From assembly GCF_000315625.1 (NCBI RefSeq), contig NW_005434395.1, positions 1 to 33,915 on the forward strand: DNA of 33,915 nucleotides, in the 5' to 3' direction. Position numbers and translations under genes: made by a program. The notes beneath the pieces are model-generated. The model ran no database searches. It had not been told where the DNA came from and was given only the letters and a program-made list of their open reading frames with translations. This document shows, one piece after another, positions 33,317 to 33,915 of this stretch. Numbering within the stretch: position 1 is the stretch's first letter; every line of letters begins with the position of its first letter. Source of the DNA: Guillardia theta CCMP2712. Its lineage: Eukaryota > Protista > Cryptophyta.

Positions 33317-33606
33317 TATATAGATGTTGCTCCTCTGCTACTTCAACTGCCCCTCTCGCTCCCTCCTCTTCAAGCTCCTCCACCGTCATGCCCACACGCA
33401 CACCCACTCGATCTCCTCGTGCTGCTTGTGCTTCTGTTGCTCTGCTCTGGCAACCCCTGTTCCTTACCCTGTTCCTTGCCCTTTCATCCCTCCCTCCCTC
33501 CCTCCCTCTCCCTCTCCCTCATCCTTTGCACGTTCATCCTGCTTCTGCCTCGCATCTCTTCGCTCTCTCTCAGCGAACAACTCACGGCTGTCTGAGCAGG
33601 TGCAAG

Positions 33607-33915
33607 ATGATGTCAGCTCCCAAGCTCCTGACGACTGTGCGCCCGCCCTTCAAGCTCATCGGCTACCATCATCTCGGGGTGGCCGTGTCGCAGATGCCGG
33701 CGGCTCTTGACTTCTACGGGAAGCTTGGCTTCAAGGAGGTGGAGGACGGGCGGTCGACGGAGGAGAGGAGGATGATGAAGAACGCGGGAGGGCTGCAGCT
33801 GCATCTGTTCAAGGCGGACGCGGGGCACGAGAACAATCAGAACATCCTGATGGACTTCAAGGACGTCAAGTACCCCGGGCACACGCACGCGAGCTTCCTC
33901 GTCCCCTCGGTCAAG
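33607..33915 (+). CDS. Glyoxalase/bleomycin-resistance/dioxygenase (VOC) family protein, truncated by window end
   Basis: MMSAPKLL...LIGYHHLGVAVSQMPAALDFYGKLGFKEV...GLQLHLF...YPGHTHASFLVPSVK contains the HxGxxV..FY..LGF and second-half H motifs of VOC proteins. Confidence 0.85.
   Translation, partial: MMSAPKLLTTVRPPFKLIGYHHLGVAVSQMPAALDFYGKLGFKEVEDGRSTEERRMMKNAGGLQLHLFKADAGHENNQNILMDFKDVKYPGHTHASFLVPSVK

Noticed and set aside
30564-33915. Aromatic-metabolism cluster of the CM-CDT fusion plus the VOC enzyme
   Set aside because: The VOC protein is truncated and generic, with nothing tying it to HPPD or dioxygenase activity. Adjacency alone is weak evidence in a eukaryote.

Overview
Gene-dense eukaryotic DNA. 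It is GC-rich, has many short (about 40-60 nt) GT-AG introns often expanded by microsatellites, and contains two assembly gaps (8998-9097, 27007-27503). The style suggests a cryptophyte alga (Guillardia/Hanusia-like), but that is inference only. Most entries in the ORF track are fragments or antisense shadows, so I spliced the gene models by hand and exon borders are approximate. Contents in order: a scrambled remnant of an RLE-type non-LTR retrotransposon (1-2133); two hypothetical genes; a large PDZ/coiled-coil gene; a signal-peptide+LRGG basic protein; MNS1; a membrane-anchored coiled-coil protein; a UBX/ubiquitin-like protein; an intronless coiled-coil gene; a micro-exon repeat gene; TTC5; an enzyme fusion; and a truncated VOC/glyoxalase gene. 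Two things stand out. (1) At 30564-32512, a spliced gene fuses an N-terminal membrane anchor, an AroH-class chorismate mutase and a PheC-type cyclohexadienyl dehydratase. (2) At about 24344-28322, a membrane-anchored protein has a 14-aa repeat encoded by at least 13 near-identical 42-nt phase-0 micro-exons, flanked by four copies of an unrecognised 4-Cys module.
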